Below, in pieces: positions 52,426 to 63,385 of a DNA stretch of 64,000 nt. Source of the DNA: an uncultured delta proteobacterium. Its GTDB lineage: Bacteria; Desulfobacterota; Desulfobacteria; Desulfobacterales; B30-G6. The DNA is taken from positions 576,001 through 640,000 of the forward strand of contig CAWGLD010000001.1 of the NCBI GenBank assembly GCA_963823335.1. Reading direction: 5' to 3'. A program made the position numbers and the translations under genes. The stretch's first letter is position 1; the number at the start of each line of letters is the position of its first letter. The notes beneath the pieces are model-generated. The model was not told where the DNA came from. It saw only the letters and a list, made by a program, of their open reading frames with translations, and searched no databases.

Positions 52426-54916
52426 CGGGCTGCTCCCTCAGGTAGCTGATCGGTTTTTTTTTGAGAATCGATCTTGCCGAAAGGATCCCGACACCATTTA
52501 CAAGCACAACCGCACCCGCCACCATCAACAGGCAGGACAGTAAAAACATCCGAAAGTCGATTTCCAATACAAACCGGCATATCAGATAGGTTTCCACCTG
52601 GGAAATGACAACCGCCAGGACGCTGCTGGCAAGCCCTATCAACAGATTTTCGAGTGAGAACACCTTTACCACGAAGGCGGTCTTTGCCCCAAGAATCTTG
52701 TAATAGACGGATTCGGTTATGCGTTCCGCCCTGGTGGCAAAAACCGAACTGATGAGTATCAGTACACCGGCGAAGATACTGAGAACACTGAAGCCCCGCA
52801 CAATTTCCGACAGCTGTTTCATGATGCCAGCAAACACCCGAATCGTTTCGGAGACATCGATGACATTGATGTTGGGGAATTGCGTCACCACCCGGGTCTG
52901 TAGCGTCCCGATGTTCTCCTGGGGCACGTGAAGAGCGGAGAACAGGGTTTGCGGTGCTGAACCGAGGGTCTCTTTTTCAAAAACAAAGTAGAAAAATGGC
53001 TGCAACGACCCTTTTGTGCGGGATCGGACACTCGATATGCGCGCCGTCAGCGGAACACCCTGAATATTGAACTGAATGGTGTCCCCGATAATCATGGGGT
53101 GCATGTCAATGACGCTATCCAGGACCGACACCTGCAGATCCTGCCAGTCAGCACGAAAAAGTTTGCCGCCCTGGAGAAGGATCTCGTCGTCCAAAAGATG
53201 GTTCCGGTAGGTCAAATTAAAAACACGGGCAAGATTGTCACGCTTTTTGCTGCGCTCAGTCTTGCGATCGATGACGGCACCGTTGACATGGGTGACCCTG
53301 GCCCGAACGATGGGATAAAAAAGGACCTCTTTGTCCACGGCCATGGAAAAGGCCGTCGTCTGATGCGGCTGAATATCGAGAAAAAAGAGATTCGGACTAT
53401 CCTGGGGAAAAGACGTGACAAAAGTGGCGTCGAGATTCCGCTCCAGCAGGTAGATGGAAAAGATCACACAAAGTGCGGTTGTCAGCGATACCATGATTGT
53501 TTGTGTTGCAGCCCCCTTTCGAAACAGACCTTTGACAGCCTGGCGGAAAACCAGGTTCCGGATGTGCTTGCGTCTCAACACCCAGAGCATTCCAGAAGTC
53601 ACGACCGTTGCTATCATGATCAAGCTCCCCAGACCGGCCACAAAATAGAGCCCGAAACGGATATCCTGCATGTGTCGGAACACCAGCCCGAAGAAAAACA
53701 GGGCAAGCATTCCGTAGCATGCAAACACTGGCCACTGACGGGTCAGCACGGGGATGTCTTTGCGTAAAACCATGACCGGATGCATGCCCTTCAGTCGGTA
53801 GAGAGGTACAAAGGAGAAAATCAAGACCACTAGTATGCCCAACGCCACACTTTCCAGCATACCGGACCATGCGATCAAAAAAGGCGTCCCCGACGGCAGA
53901 AAGGCGGAAAGGAGATGGGCCAGACCATATTGAATGAGAACACCCATCAGGATGCCAGCGCCCATACCGATGCTTCCCAGCAGCATGACGATAATCACAT
54001 AATGAACCAGAATATGACGGCTGGTGGCACCCAGGGCCTTCATAATGGCGATGGCATACTGTTTTTCATTCAACAGGGCGGTCAAGGTGCTCTGAATGCC
54101 GACACCGGAAACGACCAGAATGAAAATACCCACCAGATTCAGGAAAAACATAAATCGTTCGAAAAAGCGCTTGATCCGCGACCGGGCCGTTTGAAATGTA
54201 TCGACCTGCTCCCTTTCCAACTCGGCAATTTGACTGAACCTGCGGGCCAGGGCGTCTGTCTGCGCGGCATCTTTGACCTTCAGTAGATGGACATGTCGTA
54301 TACGGCTGCCGGTCTGGAGCAAACCCAGGGCATCCAGATCTTCAGCGGCAATGAAGACACGGGGCCCAAAAGAAAAAAGACTGATGGGGCGGTCAGGCTC
54401 GGCCAGAACCACATCCTGGATGGTCAAAGAGGTGTAGCCCACCTGAATGGTGTCGCCAAGCCTCAGCCCCAGACGATCCAGAAGCGTCGGTGCCACGACG
54501 GTCCGGCCGGGTGTCAAGACCTCATGAAGTGCTCTACCGGATTGCAGCAGGACTTCCCCATAGAAGGGATACCCCTTTTCCACCACTTTCAGCTGTGAGA
54601 GCACGGAGCTGCTGTCATCGCTGGTTCGAATGACACTGTAGAATTCATGATATCGGGCAAGTGCCACGCGCCCTTCCTGAACATTTTCTGAAATCGCCTG
54701 GGACAGCGGCTCCGAGAGGGTCTCGTAACTCCGGATGACGATATCGGCGGCATGCAGCTTCCTGGCATCGTGCAGCAAAGACTGGTGGATACTTTTTGAA
54801 AAGCCGCCAAAGGCCGTCAGGGTGACCAGGGAAAGACCCACGCAAAGAATGAAAACCAAAGCCTGCTTTGACGACCGAGTGATTTCACGCCGGATGAAAC
54901 CATGATGGATCATCAT
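52418..54916 (-). CDS. FtsX-like ABC permease (YbbP-like)
   Basis: GYPFYG and PNLFFLDIQ motifs, two permease halves; lies between the ATPase and tesA. Confidence 0.9.
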   Translation of the reverse strand: MMIHHGFIRREITRSSKQALVFILCVGLSLVTLTAFGGFSKSIHQSLLHDARKLHAADIVIRSYETLSEPLSQAISENVQEGRVALARYHEFYSVIRTSDDSSSVLSQLKVVEKGYPFYGEVLLQSGRALHEVLTPGRTVVAPTLLDRLGLRLGDTIQVGYTSLTIQDVVLAEPDRPISLFSFGPRVFIAAEDLDALGLLQTGSRIRHVHLLKVKDAAQTDALARRFSQIAELEREQVDTFQTARSRIKRFFERFMFFLNLVGIFILVVSGVGIQSTLTALLNEKQYAIAIMKALGATSRHILVHYVIIVMLLGSIGMGAGILMGVLIQYGLAHLLSAFLPSGTPFLIAWSGMLESVALGILVVLIFSFVPLYRLKGMHPVMVLRKDIPVLTRQWPVFACYGMLALFFFGLVFRHMQDIRFGLYFVAGLGSLIMIATVVTSGMLWVLRRKHIRNLVFRQAVKGLFRKGAATQTIMVSLTTALCVIFSIYLLERNLDATFVTSFPQDSPNLFFLDIQPHQTTAFSMAVDKEVLFYPIVRARVTHVNGAVIDRKTERSKKRDNLARVFNLTYRNHLLDDEILLQGGKLFRADWQDLQVSVLDSVIDMHPMIIGDTIQFNIQGVPLTARISSVRSRTKGSLQPFFYFVFEKETLGSAPQTLFSALHVPQENIGTLQTRVVTQFPNINVIDVSETIRVFAGIMKQLSEIVRGFSVLSIFAGVLILISSVFATRAERITESVYYKILGAKTAFVVKVFSLENLLIGLASSVLAVVISQVETYLICRFVLEIDFRMFLLSCLLMVAGAVVLVNGVGILSARSILKKKPISYLREQPDA

Positions 54917-55620
54917 CGTCCCTGTCCTGGATTTCCTGAATTGTCCCGGGTGAACCTGCCGTCCTCGAGGGTCAGCACACGATCGGCGGCCCTGGCGATA
55001 TCCGGATTATGGGTAACCAGAATCAGCGTCGCTCCCTGTTCGGTTTTCAGGTCGATGAGTTGCGAGAGAACGATGTTGCCGTTTTCCGAATCGAGGTTTC
55101 CTGTGGGTTCATCGGCAAACAACAGTTTGGGTTTGTTGACCATGGCCCTGCATAGCGATACGCGCTGCTTTTCTCCTCCTGAAAGCTGGCTCGGCATATT
55201 GTCTGCCCTGTCTTCCAGGCCCACCCGTTTCAGCAACCTGCGGGCGGCCTGTTCGGCATCTTTTTTGCCCATGATTTCCGCTGGAAACATGATATTTTCC
55301 TTGGCTGTCATGGAAGGCACCAGGTGAAAGGATTGAAAAACAAACCCGATCATACGGTTGCGAAGGGGTGCCAGTTCATCTTCCGTGGCACCCGTGATCT
55401 CCTGTCCCTGGATGGCGACATGGCCGGAGGAAGGCTGGTCCAGACCGGAAAGAAGCGTCAGGAGGGTGGTCTTTCCGCTGCCGCTGCTGCCCGTAATGAC
55501 CACGAACTCCCCAGGGGCGACAGACAAAGAAATATCCTTCAACACCGTGATGCGGCGGTTTTCCAGCGCATAGGTCTTGTTCAGGTTCCTGGCTTCCAGA
55601 ATATTCGTACCATCCAACAT
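54913..55620 (-). CDS. ABC ATP-binding protein (YbbA-like)
   Basis: GSSGSGKT, LSGGEKQR and ADEPTGNLD motifs. Confidence 0.94.
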   Translation of the reverse strand: MLDGTNILEARNLNKTYALENRRITVLKDISLSVAPGEFVVITGSSGSGKTTLLTLLSGLDQPSSGHVAIQGQEITGATEDELAPLRNRMIGFVFQSFHLVPSMTAKENIMFPAEIMGKKDAEQAARRLLKRVGLEDRADNMPSQLSGGEKQRVSLCRAMVNKPKLLFADEPTGNLDSENGNIVLSQLIDLKTEQGATLILVTHNPDIARAADRVLTLEDGRFTRDNSGNPGQGR

Positions 55621-55637
55621 GCCTGGGGTCCTTTACT

Positions 55638-55780
55638 GAAGCCATCTCAAAAAAGTTTTTTTGGCCCAATTTCTGTGTTGGTCCCTTGCTTCAACTCCTC
55701 GGAATACTACAGTATGCTTGCGGGTTAAAGTTCGGGCCCGCCTTGAACTTCAACCAAAACCCTTTTTTTGAGATGACTTC
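55638..55780. repeat. About 143-bp MITE-like palindromic element, copy 2
   Basis: Ends GAAGCCATCTCAAAAAA / TTTTTTGAGATGACTTC; colinear with the reverse complement of 39683-39825. Confidence 0.8.
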
Positions 55781-56033
55781 TGAAAAAATAATTGCATATA
55801 ACTTAATACCGGCACTGGTAAAATACAAGGCGGTGCCGGGCCGCATCAAAAATCGGCAGAGCAAGACCACGCCCAGGACGGTCTTTTTCATGAAGGCTTC
55901 CGAGAATACTCTTTGCAGCACTTCCAAGGTTCAGGCTTGCGTTCGCTTCGCGTTGCGTGGCATAGTCAACCATCATCTTGCATTTCATCAGCAGCATAAC
56001 ATCGATACCATTTTATGAGAGCGTCAATTGACC

Positions 56034-57032
56034 ATGTATCTGGCCAGAACAACTATCGGAAACCAGACCCACTACCACATCAGAGAAACGTATCCGGATG
56101 GTGGTTGTTTGAAAAGTCGCGATCTTTTTCATCTGGGCACGGATCCTTCCAGATATATCATCTATCCGGGAGGAAAAGGTTACTACTTCGACGAGGTGCT
56201 GGAGGAAACCCTCAGAGAACTCGGTTTAAATCCGACCCAGGATGATCTCGATGGCATATTCTGGGATTTTCTGGATCCTGAAATCCAGCGGGTTATCCAG
56301 GGATTCGAGAGAAAAACAAAAACACCGCCATCCGGGCCGGATACGGTTGGTCAGGAATTTCATCTGTTTGACAAGCGGCGCATCCATTTTCTAAGATTCG
56401 GATCCATGGATCAACAGGATATTCAGCGGATGCCGGACAAATTCTTCCGGGCGCTCAATGCCAAATCCCGCGATGAAATCGAGCAGTATTTCATGCAGGA
56501 AGAACGCATCATCCGTCCACGTGAACTGATCCGGTACCTTTCTGTCATCTTCGGTTTTCAGCAGCACCTTGTATATTCCATGCCGGACCAGATGGCTGGT
56601 AACGCCCAACAGGAGCGGGTGGACACCCTGTTTATCGAATCCGTCTGTGCCCTGAACCAGGACAACACCTTCTGGACCGGTATGCCCATGACCGGTGACC
56701 TACAGGGGTATCTACGCCGATACGTCATTCTCTATTTCGATATGGCTGTCCAGCAGAGCCCCTCTATTCCGCGATACCTGCATGAATTTATGAATCGTCA
56801 TCGGTCCTATCGACCACCGCAAAAGGTCCGTTTGAACATGGCGGAAGCCAGCCGGCTGTTTGAAACACCATGGGAAAACCTGCATCAAATGGACGGCAAC
56901 GCGTTTACGCGCCTGTATCGTAAGCAGGCCCTCAAATTTCATCCGGATCAGGGCGGCAGCCAGAAAACATTTGTCAAGCTGACAAAACTCTACAAGAACC
57001 TTATGAAAAAGAAGGGCCACAAGCCATCTTAA
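56034..57032 (+). CDS. Protein with a C-terminal J-domain-like module
   Basis: LYRKQALKFHPDQGG...FVKL...Y at the C-terminus. Confidence 0.8.
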   Translation: MYLARTTIGNQTHYHIRETYPDGGCLKSRDLFHLGTDPSRYIIYPGGKGYYFDEVLEETLRELGLNPTQDDLDGIFWDFLDPEIQRVIQGFERKTKTPPSGPDTVGQEFHLFDKRRIHFLRFGSMDQQDIQRMPDKFFRALNAKSRDEIEQYFMQEERIIRPRELIRYLSVIFGFQQHLVYSMPDQMAGNAQQERVDTLFIESVCALNQDNTFWTGMPMTGDLQGYLRRYVILYFDMAVQQSPSIPRYLHEFMNRHRSYRPPQKVRLNMAEASRLFETPWENLHQMDGNAFTRLYRKQALKFHPDQGGSQKTFVKLTKLYKNLMKKKGHKPS

Positions 57033-57095
57033 TTCCGATCGAAATCCCGCACCTCGGGTGGAGCCCTCGCCCGAACCTTTCATGAAGTGTCCGGG

Positions 57096-58580
57096 TTAGC
57101 CTACAGGCGGCAGGGTCACCGGCATACCCATCAGAGGCCAGAGAAAAAATACGGCAATTCCGGTGACCACCATCAGGATGATACTGGCCGGTATGCCGTA
57201 AAGAAAGAATTCCCCGGTCGTAAACTGCTTGGAGTCGTAGGCAATGGCATTTGGGGCGGCGCCCACCAACAACAGAAATGGCATTCCTGCCGTCACCAAA
57301 GCGCCAAACAGAATAACCTCACCGGACACACCCAGATAAGGAGCAATGACCAGGGCCACCGGCAGCGAAATAGCGATGGCCGCGACATTCATGATGACGT
57401 TTGTCATAACCATAACAAAAAATGCGATGCTCATGACAAATACAAACCAGTTGGCTTCCTGAAACATGGCCAGCCAGTTAACCGCCATCCAGTTGGCGGC
57501 ACCTGTCTGCCACAGGCAGTTGCCGATACTCATGGCACCCGAAAAAAGCAGTATGATGTTCCAGGGTATGGCTTCCAGGTCATCCAGATCCATAATCCCG
57601 GTGACAAAAAAGAGAATCGTTGAAATCAGAATAATGGCTGTTTTGTCGATGGGGGCAAGCACGGGCAGGAACTGCTTAGCCGCCATAACCAGGATACAGG
57701 TTCCCACAATCAGCGCAGCTTTGATTTCATTTTTTGTCATGGACCCCAGTTCATTGTTAAGTTTTTTTGCCTTCTCCCTCAAACCGGGAATGGTGGCTTT
57801 TTCCGGTTTGAAAAACACCATGAAAAATCCCCACAACAAAAAAGTCATGAGCCAGCCGATGGGAAACATGTACCAGGTTAGCTGAAAAAAGGAAATGTCC
57901 ACGTTCATGATGTCCTTGTAAAACTGAAGGGCCACAGCGCCACGCGCCGCTCCCAGCAGGGTGACAATGCTCCCTGCCCCGGCGACATAAGCCATCCCGA
58001 TAAACAGTCCTTTTCCAAACTTCGTTTTCTTGTCGCCTTCGCCATACAGGGCATAAATGGAGACAAGCAAAGGATAGATGGTGGCCGCCACCGCCGTGTG
58101 TGCCATGATGTGCGCCAGGGCTGCGGTAACCACAAAACACCCCAGGTAGATCATGCTTGTTTTTTCACCGACGATGATCAGCATTTTATAGGCCAGACGT
58201 CGGGTTAACCCTGTCTTTGTGAATACCAGGCCAATCATGATGGATGCAAAAATAAACATAACCGAAGGCACCATGAAATCCGTAAAGGCGTCCCTGGCCG
58301 GCCGGATCAGAAACAGGGCCTGCAGCACCCCTATGGCCAAACTTGTGACACCGATGGGAACCACTTCGAAAACCCACCAGGTAGCTGCCAGCAAGAAAAC
58401 AGCGATGGCACCTTTGCCCTCACGGGTTAATAAAAAATGTTTGTCCATGGGATCCACTGCATCCGGCCAGGCCGGCGAATAATACACCACACAAAAAAGC
58501 ACGATGCCCAAAACAAGAAACCCCGTCTTTTTCCAGTCAAAACTATTTCGCTGCAGATAATCGGCCGTTGAATCGTTCAT
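57096..58580 (-). CDS. SLC13/DASS family anion transporter
   Basis: MAHTAVAA, IPWNIILLF.G, MNVAAIA and APNAIAY motifs. Confidence 0.92.
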   Translation of the reverse strand: MNDSTADYLQRNSFDWKKTGFLVLGIVLFCVVYYSPAWPDAVDPMDKHFLLTREGKGAIAVFLLAATWWVFEVVPIGVTSLAIGVLQALFLIRPARDAFTDFMVPSVMFIFASIMIGLVFTKTGLTRRLAYKMLIIVGEKTSMIYLGCFVVTAALAHIMAHTAVAATIYPLLVSIYALYGEGDKKTKFGKGLFIGMAYVAGAGSIVTLLGAARGAVALQFYKDIMNVDISFFQLTWYMFPIGWLMTFLLWGFFMVFFKPEKATIPGLREKAKKLNNELGSMTKNEIKAALIVGTCILVMAAKQFLPVLAPIDKTAIILISTILFFVTGIMDLDDLEAIPWNIILLFSGAMSIGNCLWQTGAANWMAVNWLAMFQEANWFVFVMSIAFFVMVMTNVIMNVAAIAISLPVALVIAPYLGVSGEVILFGALVTAGMPFLLLVGAAPNAIAYDSKQFTTGEFFLYGIPASIILMVVTGIAVFFLWPLMGMPVTLPPVG

Positions 58581-58622
58581 CAAGCCCTTCCTCCTTAAAA
58601 TATTCTAACCTGTAACGCTATT

Positions 58623-59174
58623 TCAAAAACACTCCCGCATCTTATGGAATACCGCGGCAAAAACATCCGTCAGTCTCAATATTCCAGTAATATCCCTTTG
58701 TCGCGTCACCAGCAAAGACTGATGGTTTCCCAGGACAAGCTGATGAATGGCCTCGTCCAGGGTGGCGTTTTCTTCAATGAATTCTCCTTCGGAAGGCGCT
58801 TGCATAAATTTCTTGACATTTTGTTCCCCGGCTTTGCAGCAGAGGTCTTCCAGGGAGCTGGCAAACAGGCGATACTCTTTCAGCATGGATTTCATAAATT
58901 CCTTGCTGAATCCCAGGTGATGAGATTGCCGACGATCCAACATGTCACCATATTTTGGTTCGAGGGCTCTGAGGGCGCCCAGCTGGGTCAGTTTGCCAAG
59001 GACCTTGCCGTTATGATCCAATATAAGGATGGCCCTGTGCCGGTAACGGGTATGATCAAATTCCTCCTGGGCCTTTTCCAGTTCCGAGACCGCCTCAAAA
59101 AGCGTAGCGTCTTCAGACACCTTTGCATATTCCGAAAGTGGTACCATCAAGTCCACGATTTTAAAGTCTTTCAT
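58623..59174 (-). CDS. CBS domain protein
   Basis: DLMVP..Y..V..DATL.EA and SLLV...GILRLTD motifs. Confidence 0.88.
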   Translation of the reverse strand: MKDFKIVDLMVPLSEYAKVSEDATLFEAVSELEKAQEEFDHTRYRHRAILILDHNGKVLGKLTQLGALRALEPKYGDMLDRRQSHHLGFSKEFMKSMLKEYRLFASSLEDLCCKAGEQNVKKFMQAPSEGEFIEENATLDEAIHQLVLGNHQSLLVTRQRDITGILRLTDVFAAVFHKMRECF

Positions 59175-59240
59175 ATTGCCTCCTCACACGTTCACCTTCT
59201 TTGCGATCGTCCTTATGGAAATCCAGCAGAGCAAGCACGT

Positions 59241-59669
59241 TTAGATACCGTACTTTTTGATGCTACCCAATACACTGTCCAAGTGCTGTTTCTGAACAAT
59301 CAACATCTTTTCAGCCTTGGCTTCTTTAATTTTTTTTGAAAGCGCTTCCATGTCGGCCGGTTTCTCAAGATAATCTGACGCACCGATCTTCATCGCCTCG
59401 ACACCCTTTTCCAGAGATGCATGCCCGGTCAGCAGGATGATCTGTGCCTCGGGGTGCCTGGCCTTGATCTTTTTCAGGACAGCCATGCCGTCCATTTCCG
59501 GCAAATGAAAGTCTAAAATAACGGCGTCAAAAACATCGCTTTCGATGAACGCCAGGGCCTCTTTTGCGGATGAGGCTGTGGTGACATCCATACCCCGTAA
59601 ACGCATTCGTTCGGACATTGATTCCAGAAAATCTTCTTCATCGTCCACAAGCAAAACTCTTGCTTCCAT
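59241..59669 (-). CDS. Single-domain response regulator
   Basis: LLVDDE, ILD..LP.MDG, LTGH and YLEKP motifs. Confidence 0.94.
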   Translation of the reverse strand: MEARVLLVDDEEDFLESMSERMRLRGMDVTTASSAKEALAFIESDVFDAVILDFHLPEMDGMAVLKKIKARHPEAQIILLTGHASLEKGVEAMKIGASDYLEKPADMEALSKKIKEAKAEKMLIVQKQHLDSVLGSIKKYGI

Positions 59670-59937
59670 GGTTTTCTCCTTGCATCAGGAATATCGTTTT
59701 TTTACGTGAACTGAGTGATTTTTCCCGAAGTGCTGTGCCGAAATCTTGATGGAGAAGGATTCGCAAGAGATCGGTGCAGATCGAGATAAAAATCGCTCAA
59801 TTCAGGTTTTCATTTAATCAACGAAAAGAGTCCTATTCCTTAGCTTATCTTTTGTCAAAATGTCAAGAAAAGGCAACAAGAAACGGAATTCGTCATGTCA
59901 GGAGGGTTGGAGACTGATAGGCTGTAAGCGCTTATGG

Positions 59938-61293
59938 CTATAAAAGCTGTATGGCCAGATCCGACAGCTCGGATCTCTCGCCTTTTTCCAGGTTGATATG
60001 GGCATACAGTTTCTGCCCCTTCATCTTTTCAATGAGGTAGCTGAGGCCGTTGGACTGACTGTCCAGATAGGGGTGGTCGATCTGGTGGACATCCCCGGTG
60101 AAAATAAGCTTGGTGCCTTCCCCGGCGCGGGTAATGATGGTTTTAACTTCGTGGGGTGTAAGATTCTGGGCTTCGTCGACAATAAAAAACACCTTCACGA
60201 TACTCCTGCCACGAATATAGGACAATGGCGTAATAATGATTTTTTCCTCGGCCAGCAGATCCTCGATACGCCGGCAGCGGCCGTTCTTGCCCAAAAACTG
60301 ATTGTGTATGACCGTTAGGTTGTCGTACAGCGGCTGCATGTATGGGTCGAGCTTCGAATTGATATCTCCGGGCAGATATCCAATGTCCCTGTTGCTTAAA
60401 GGCACGATGGGGCGTGCAAGAAAAATCTGACGATAGTTGCGTTTGGTTTCAAGAGAAGCGGCCAGGGCCAGCAATGTCTTGCCTGTGCCGGCTTTTCCTG
60501 AGAGCGTCACCAGCGGGATGTCTTTATTCAGCAGTGCATTCAAAGCAAATGACTGCTCGGCATTTCGTGGACGAATACCATAACAGCTTTTATTTTCAAT
60601 GCGTTTGATCTGTTCCGCCTTGGCATCATAAACGCCCAGGGCGGATTTGCTGCCGTTGCGCATGATCAGAAATTCGTTGGGCAGCAACTGCCCTTCAAAA
60701 GATAGCTCCCCGGTTCCCATGCTATAGGGCGTTGCGTACATGAGATCGATAATCTGTTCAGGAATGTTTTCGACAACACGTTTTCCCTTGTAAAGCTCGG
60801 AAATATTCTTGACATGGTCGCTGGTGTAGTCTTCGGAAAGGAGTCCGACAGATTTGGCCTTCATCCGCAGATTGATATCTTTTGTGACCAGCACGACATG
60901 CTGAAAAGACCTGTCCAGGGCCACATGATAGGCTGCATTCAGAATGTGGTGATCGACCTTGTCTTTTGAAAAATTAGCGCTGATCTTTTGATGAAAGGGT
61001 CTTCCGAGTCTGACCGATATGTTTCCCTTGCCGCCGCCAATGGGAATACCACCGTTGAAAATGCTGTCACCTGTCAGGGCATCCAGGGAACGAAGAAATT
61101 CCCTGGCATTGCAATTGAGGATGTCCTTGCCTTTCTTAAATCTGTCCAGCTCTTCGATAACCACGATGGGAATCACCACATCGTGTTCATCAAACTGGTA
61201 TAGGCAGGTACTGTCATGCAGGATGACATTGGTATCGAGAACAAAAACCTTATTATTTTTCCCGGAACCAGGAAAACTGTCTGGAACGTTCAT
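59938..61293 (-). CDS. PIN-PhoH family protein
   Basis: VLDTNV (PIN), GKAGTGKT, YIRGRS and DEAQN motifs. Confidence 0.93.
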   Translation of the reverse strand: MNVPDSFPGSGKNNKVFVLDTNVILHDSTCLYQFDEHDVVIPIVVIEELDRFKKGKDILNCNAREFLRSLDALTGDSIFNGGIPIGGGKGNISVRLGRPFHQKISANFSKDKVDHHILNAAYHVALDRSFQHVVLVTKDINLRMKAKSVGLLSEDYTSDHVKNISELYKGKRVVENIPEQIIDLMYATPYSMGTGELSFEGQLLPNEFLIMRNGSKSALGVYDAKAEQIKRIENKSCYGIRPRNAEQSFALNALLNKDIPLVTLSGKAGTGKTLLALAASLETKRNYRQIFLARPIVPLSNRDIGYLPGDINSKLDPYMQPLYDNLTVIHNQFLGKNGRCRRIEDLLAEEKIIITPLSYIRGRSIVKVFFIVDEAQNLTPHEVKTIITRAGEGTKLIFTGDVHQIDHPYLDSQSNGLSYLIEKMKGQKLYAHINLEKGERSELSDLAIQLL

Positions 61294-61561
61294 GACGCAA
61301 CATATAGCATACAATACCCGTTGTTGCAACAACATGAAGTGTTCTTGACATAGAACCGGATCCCCATAGAAAGATGTGTTCCAGGTTGCCTGTTCGTCCA
61401 ATACGTGGCCCGTTGGTTTTACGAGTCCATATCCTGATATTGCCGAAATAGACTCCCGATCCTTTCACCGGCCCCCTTGCATTATGCTTTTTTTGGCTAT
61501 AGAATAACTTACCCTTGCCGGGTTCAGCAAATACGAAATGAAACAAGGAGACGAACCGTCC

Positions 61562-62902
61562 ATGAAAAAAGAGAAAGGTTTCAGCGTCAAGGATGTTTTA
61601 AGAGCGGAAGTGGCCCCTGCGCTGGGGTGTACTGAGCCAGTTGCCATCGCACTGGCCGCCGCCGCCGCTGCTTCCCTTATCCCGGGTGAGCCGATTACCG
61701 CTATAGAAATCTGGGTGGATCCCAATATTTACAAGAACGGTATCGCCGTGGTTATTCCCGGAACCAGGGGACTGAACGGCCTGGATTTGGCCGGTGCGCT
61801 GGGTGCGCTGGGTGGTGATCCAGCCCGTCGTCTGGAGGTGCTCGCAACCATCGACAAAACAGTTGTTCGCAATGCCAGGAAACTTCTGGATCGAAAAAAA
61901 GTGTCCATCAACCTCCTGGAAGAGCGGCAGGGAATCTATGTCAAGACCATCGTCAGGAGCAACGATAAGGCAGCCGAAGCCATCATAGAAACTCTGCATG
62001 ACAACATTGTTTCTTTGAAGGTAAATGGACAGCCTGTCGTGGACAACGTGCTCCTGTCCACCGGAAAAGATGGTGGGCAAAAGTCAAAACTCCTGCACGT
62101 AGAGGCGTGGTTGAAACAGCTCAGCCTGATGGAACTGGTTGAACTCCTGGACAATCTGGATGAAGATGATTTCACATTTTTAGAAGAGGGCGTCCAGTAC
62201 AACATGCGTCTGGCTGAATATGGTCTCAAACATGGATCCGGGCTTGGCATCGGCAAAACGCTGGAAAGACTTGTCAGGCTGGGCCTGATCCGGAAAGACA
62301 TGATCGTCGCCTCCAGGATTCTAACCGCTGCAGCGTCCGATGCACGCATGGCGGGTGTCTCCCTGCCAGCCATGAGTTCATCCGGAAGTGGCAATCATGG
62401 GCTTACTGCCATTTTACCCATATGGGCTGTCAAGGATTATGTTGAATGCGACAGACGGGTCGTTCTTGAAGCCATCGGCATCAGTCATATCATTACCGCC
62501 TATGTCAAGGCGCATACGGGCAGGTTGTCTGCCGTTTGCGGTTGTTCTGTGGCCGCGGGCGCAGGTGCAACAGCAGGAATTACCCACCTTCTGAATGGGA
62601 CCCTTGGTCATATGGCCGGCGCCATAACGAACCTTACCGAAGACCTGGCCGGTGTCATTTGTGACGGCGCCAAAGCAGGCTGTTCCCTGAAACTGGCTAC
62701 CGCTGCCGGAACAGCGGTTCAGTCAGCTCTCTTCGCCCTTCAGGGGGTGCAGGTACAATCCACGGATGGCATTATCGCTGCTTCAGCAGAAAAAACAATG
62801 CAGAATATCGGTCGACTGAGCACCCAGGGTATGATCGAAACCGACCGGACCATACTTAAAATTATGCTGGAAAAACAGTTTTCAGATATCAAGGAAATAT
62901 AG
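61562..62902 (+). CDS. L-cysteine desulfidase / serine dehydratase alpha-like (UPF0597, YhaM-like)
   Basis: PALGCTEP, SDARMAG, SGSGNHG, GRLSAVCGC and CDGAK.GC motifs. Confidence 0.92.
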   Translation: MKKEKGFSVKDVLRAEVAPALGCTEPVAIALAAAAAASLIPGEPITAIEIWVDPNIYKNGIAVVIPGTRGLNGLDLAGALGALGGDPARRLEVLATIDKTVVRNARKLLDRKKVSINLLEERQGIYVKTIVRSNDKAAEAIIETLHDNIVSLKVNGQPVVDNVLLSTGKDGGQKSKLLHVEAWLKQLSLMELVELLDNLDEDDFTFLEEGVQYNMRLAEYGLKHGSGLGIGKTLERLVRLGLIRKDMIVASRILTAAASDARMAGVSLPAMSSSGSGNHGLTAILPIWAVKDYVECDRRVVLEAIGISHIITAYVKAHTGRLSAVCGCSVAAGAGATAGITHLLNGTLGHMAGAITNLTEDLAGVICDGAKAGCSLKLATAAGTAVQSALFALQGVQVQSTDGIIAASAEKTMQNIGRLSTQGMIETDRTILKIMLEKQFSDIKEI

Positions 62903-62911
62903 GAGGTAAGC

Positions 62912-63379
62912 ATGCAAACAGCCAAAAACATGGTGGCGGGCAAAGGACGTGAAATCGTGTCGGTTCCCGTGGGAACGACCCTTTTTGCCACCCTTGAAAA
63001 AATGAATCAGAAAAAAGTTGGTGCCATTCTTGTCACCAGAAACGAAAAGATTGTCGGCATCTGGACCGAAAGAGATCTTATGCAGGATGTCATCCAAGGG
63101 GGCTTTGACCTTAAAAACGCGTTGATCGAGGATTACATGACCACCCAACCGATTTCAGCACCCCACACCGATACGGTCTTCAATCTCATGGACAAATTCC
63201 TGGGGCTCAGGGTCAGACACCTGTTGATCGAAGAAAACGGCAACATTATCGGCCTGGTCTCGGGAGGGGATGTCATGAAATGCGTTATCCATGAAAAAGA
63301 CGCCGAGCTGAAACAACTCAATTCCATGGTGAGCTGGGATTACTACGAAAACTGGAAATGGAAACCCGAAGATCGTTGA
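62912..63379 (+). CDS. CBS domain protein
   Basis: VGAILV...GIWTERD and RHL.I...GLVS.GD motifs. Confidence 0.9.
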   Translation: MQTAKNMVAGKGREIVSVPVGTTLFATLEKMNQKKVGAILVTRNEKIVGIWTERDLMQDVIQGGFDLKNALIEDYMTTQPISAPHTDTVFNLMDKFLGLRVRHLLIEENGNIIGLVSGGDVMKCVIHEKDAELKQLNSMVSWDYYENWKWKPEDR

Positions 63380-63385
63380 AAAGAA

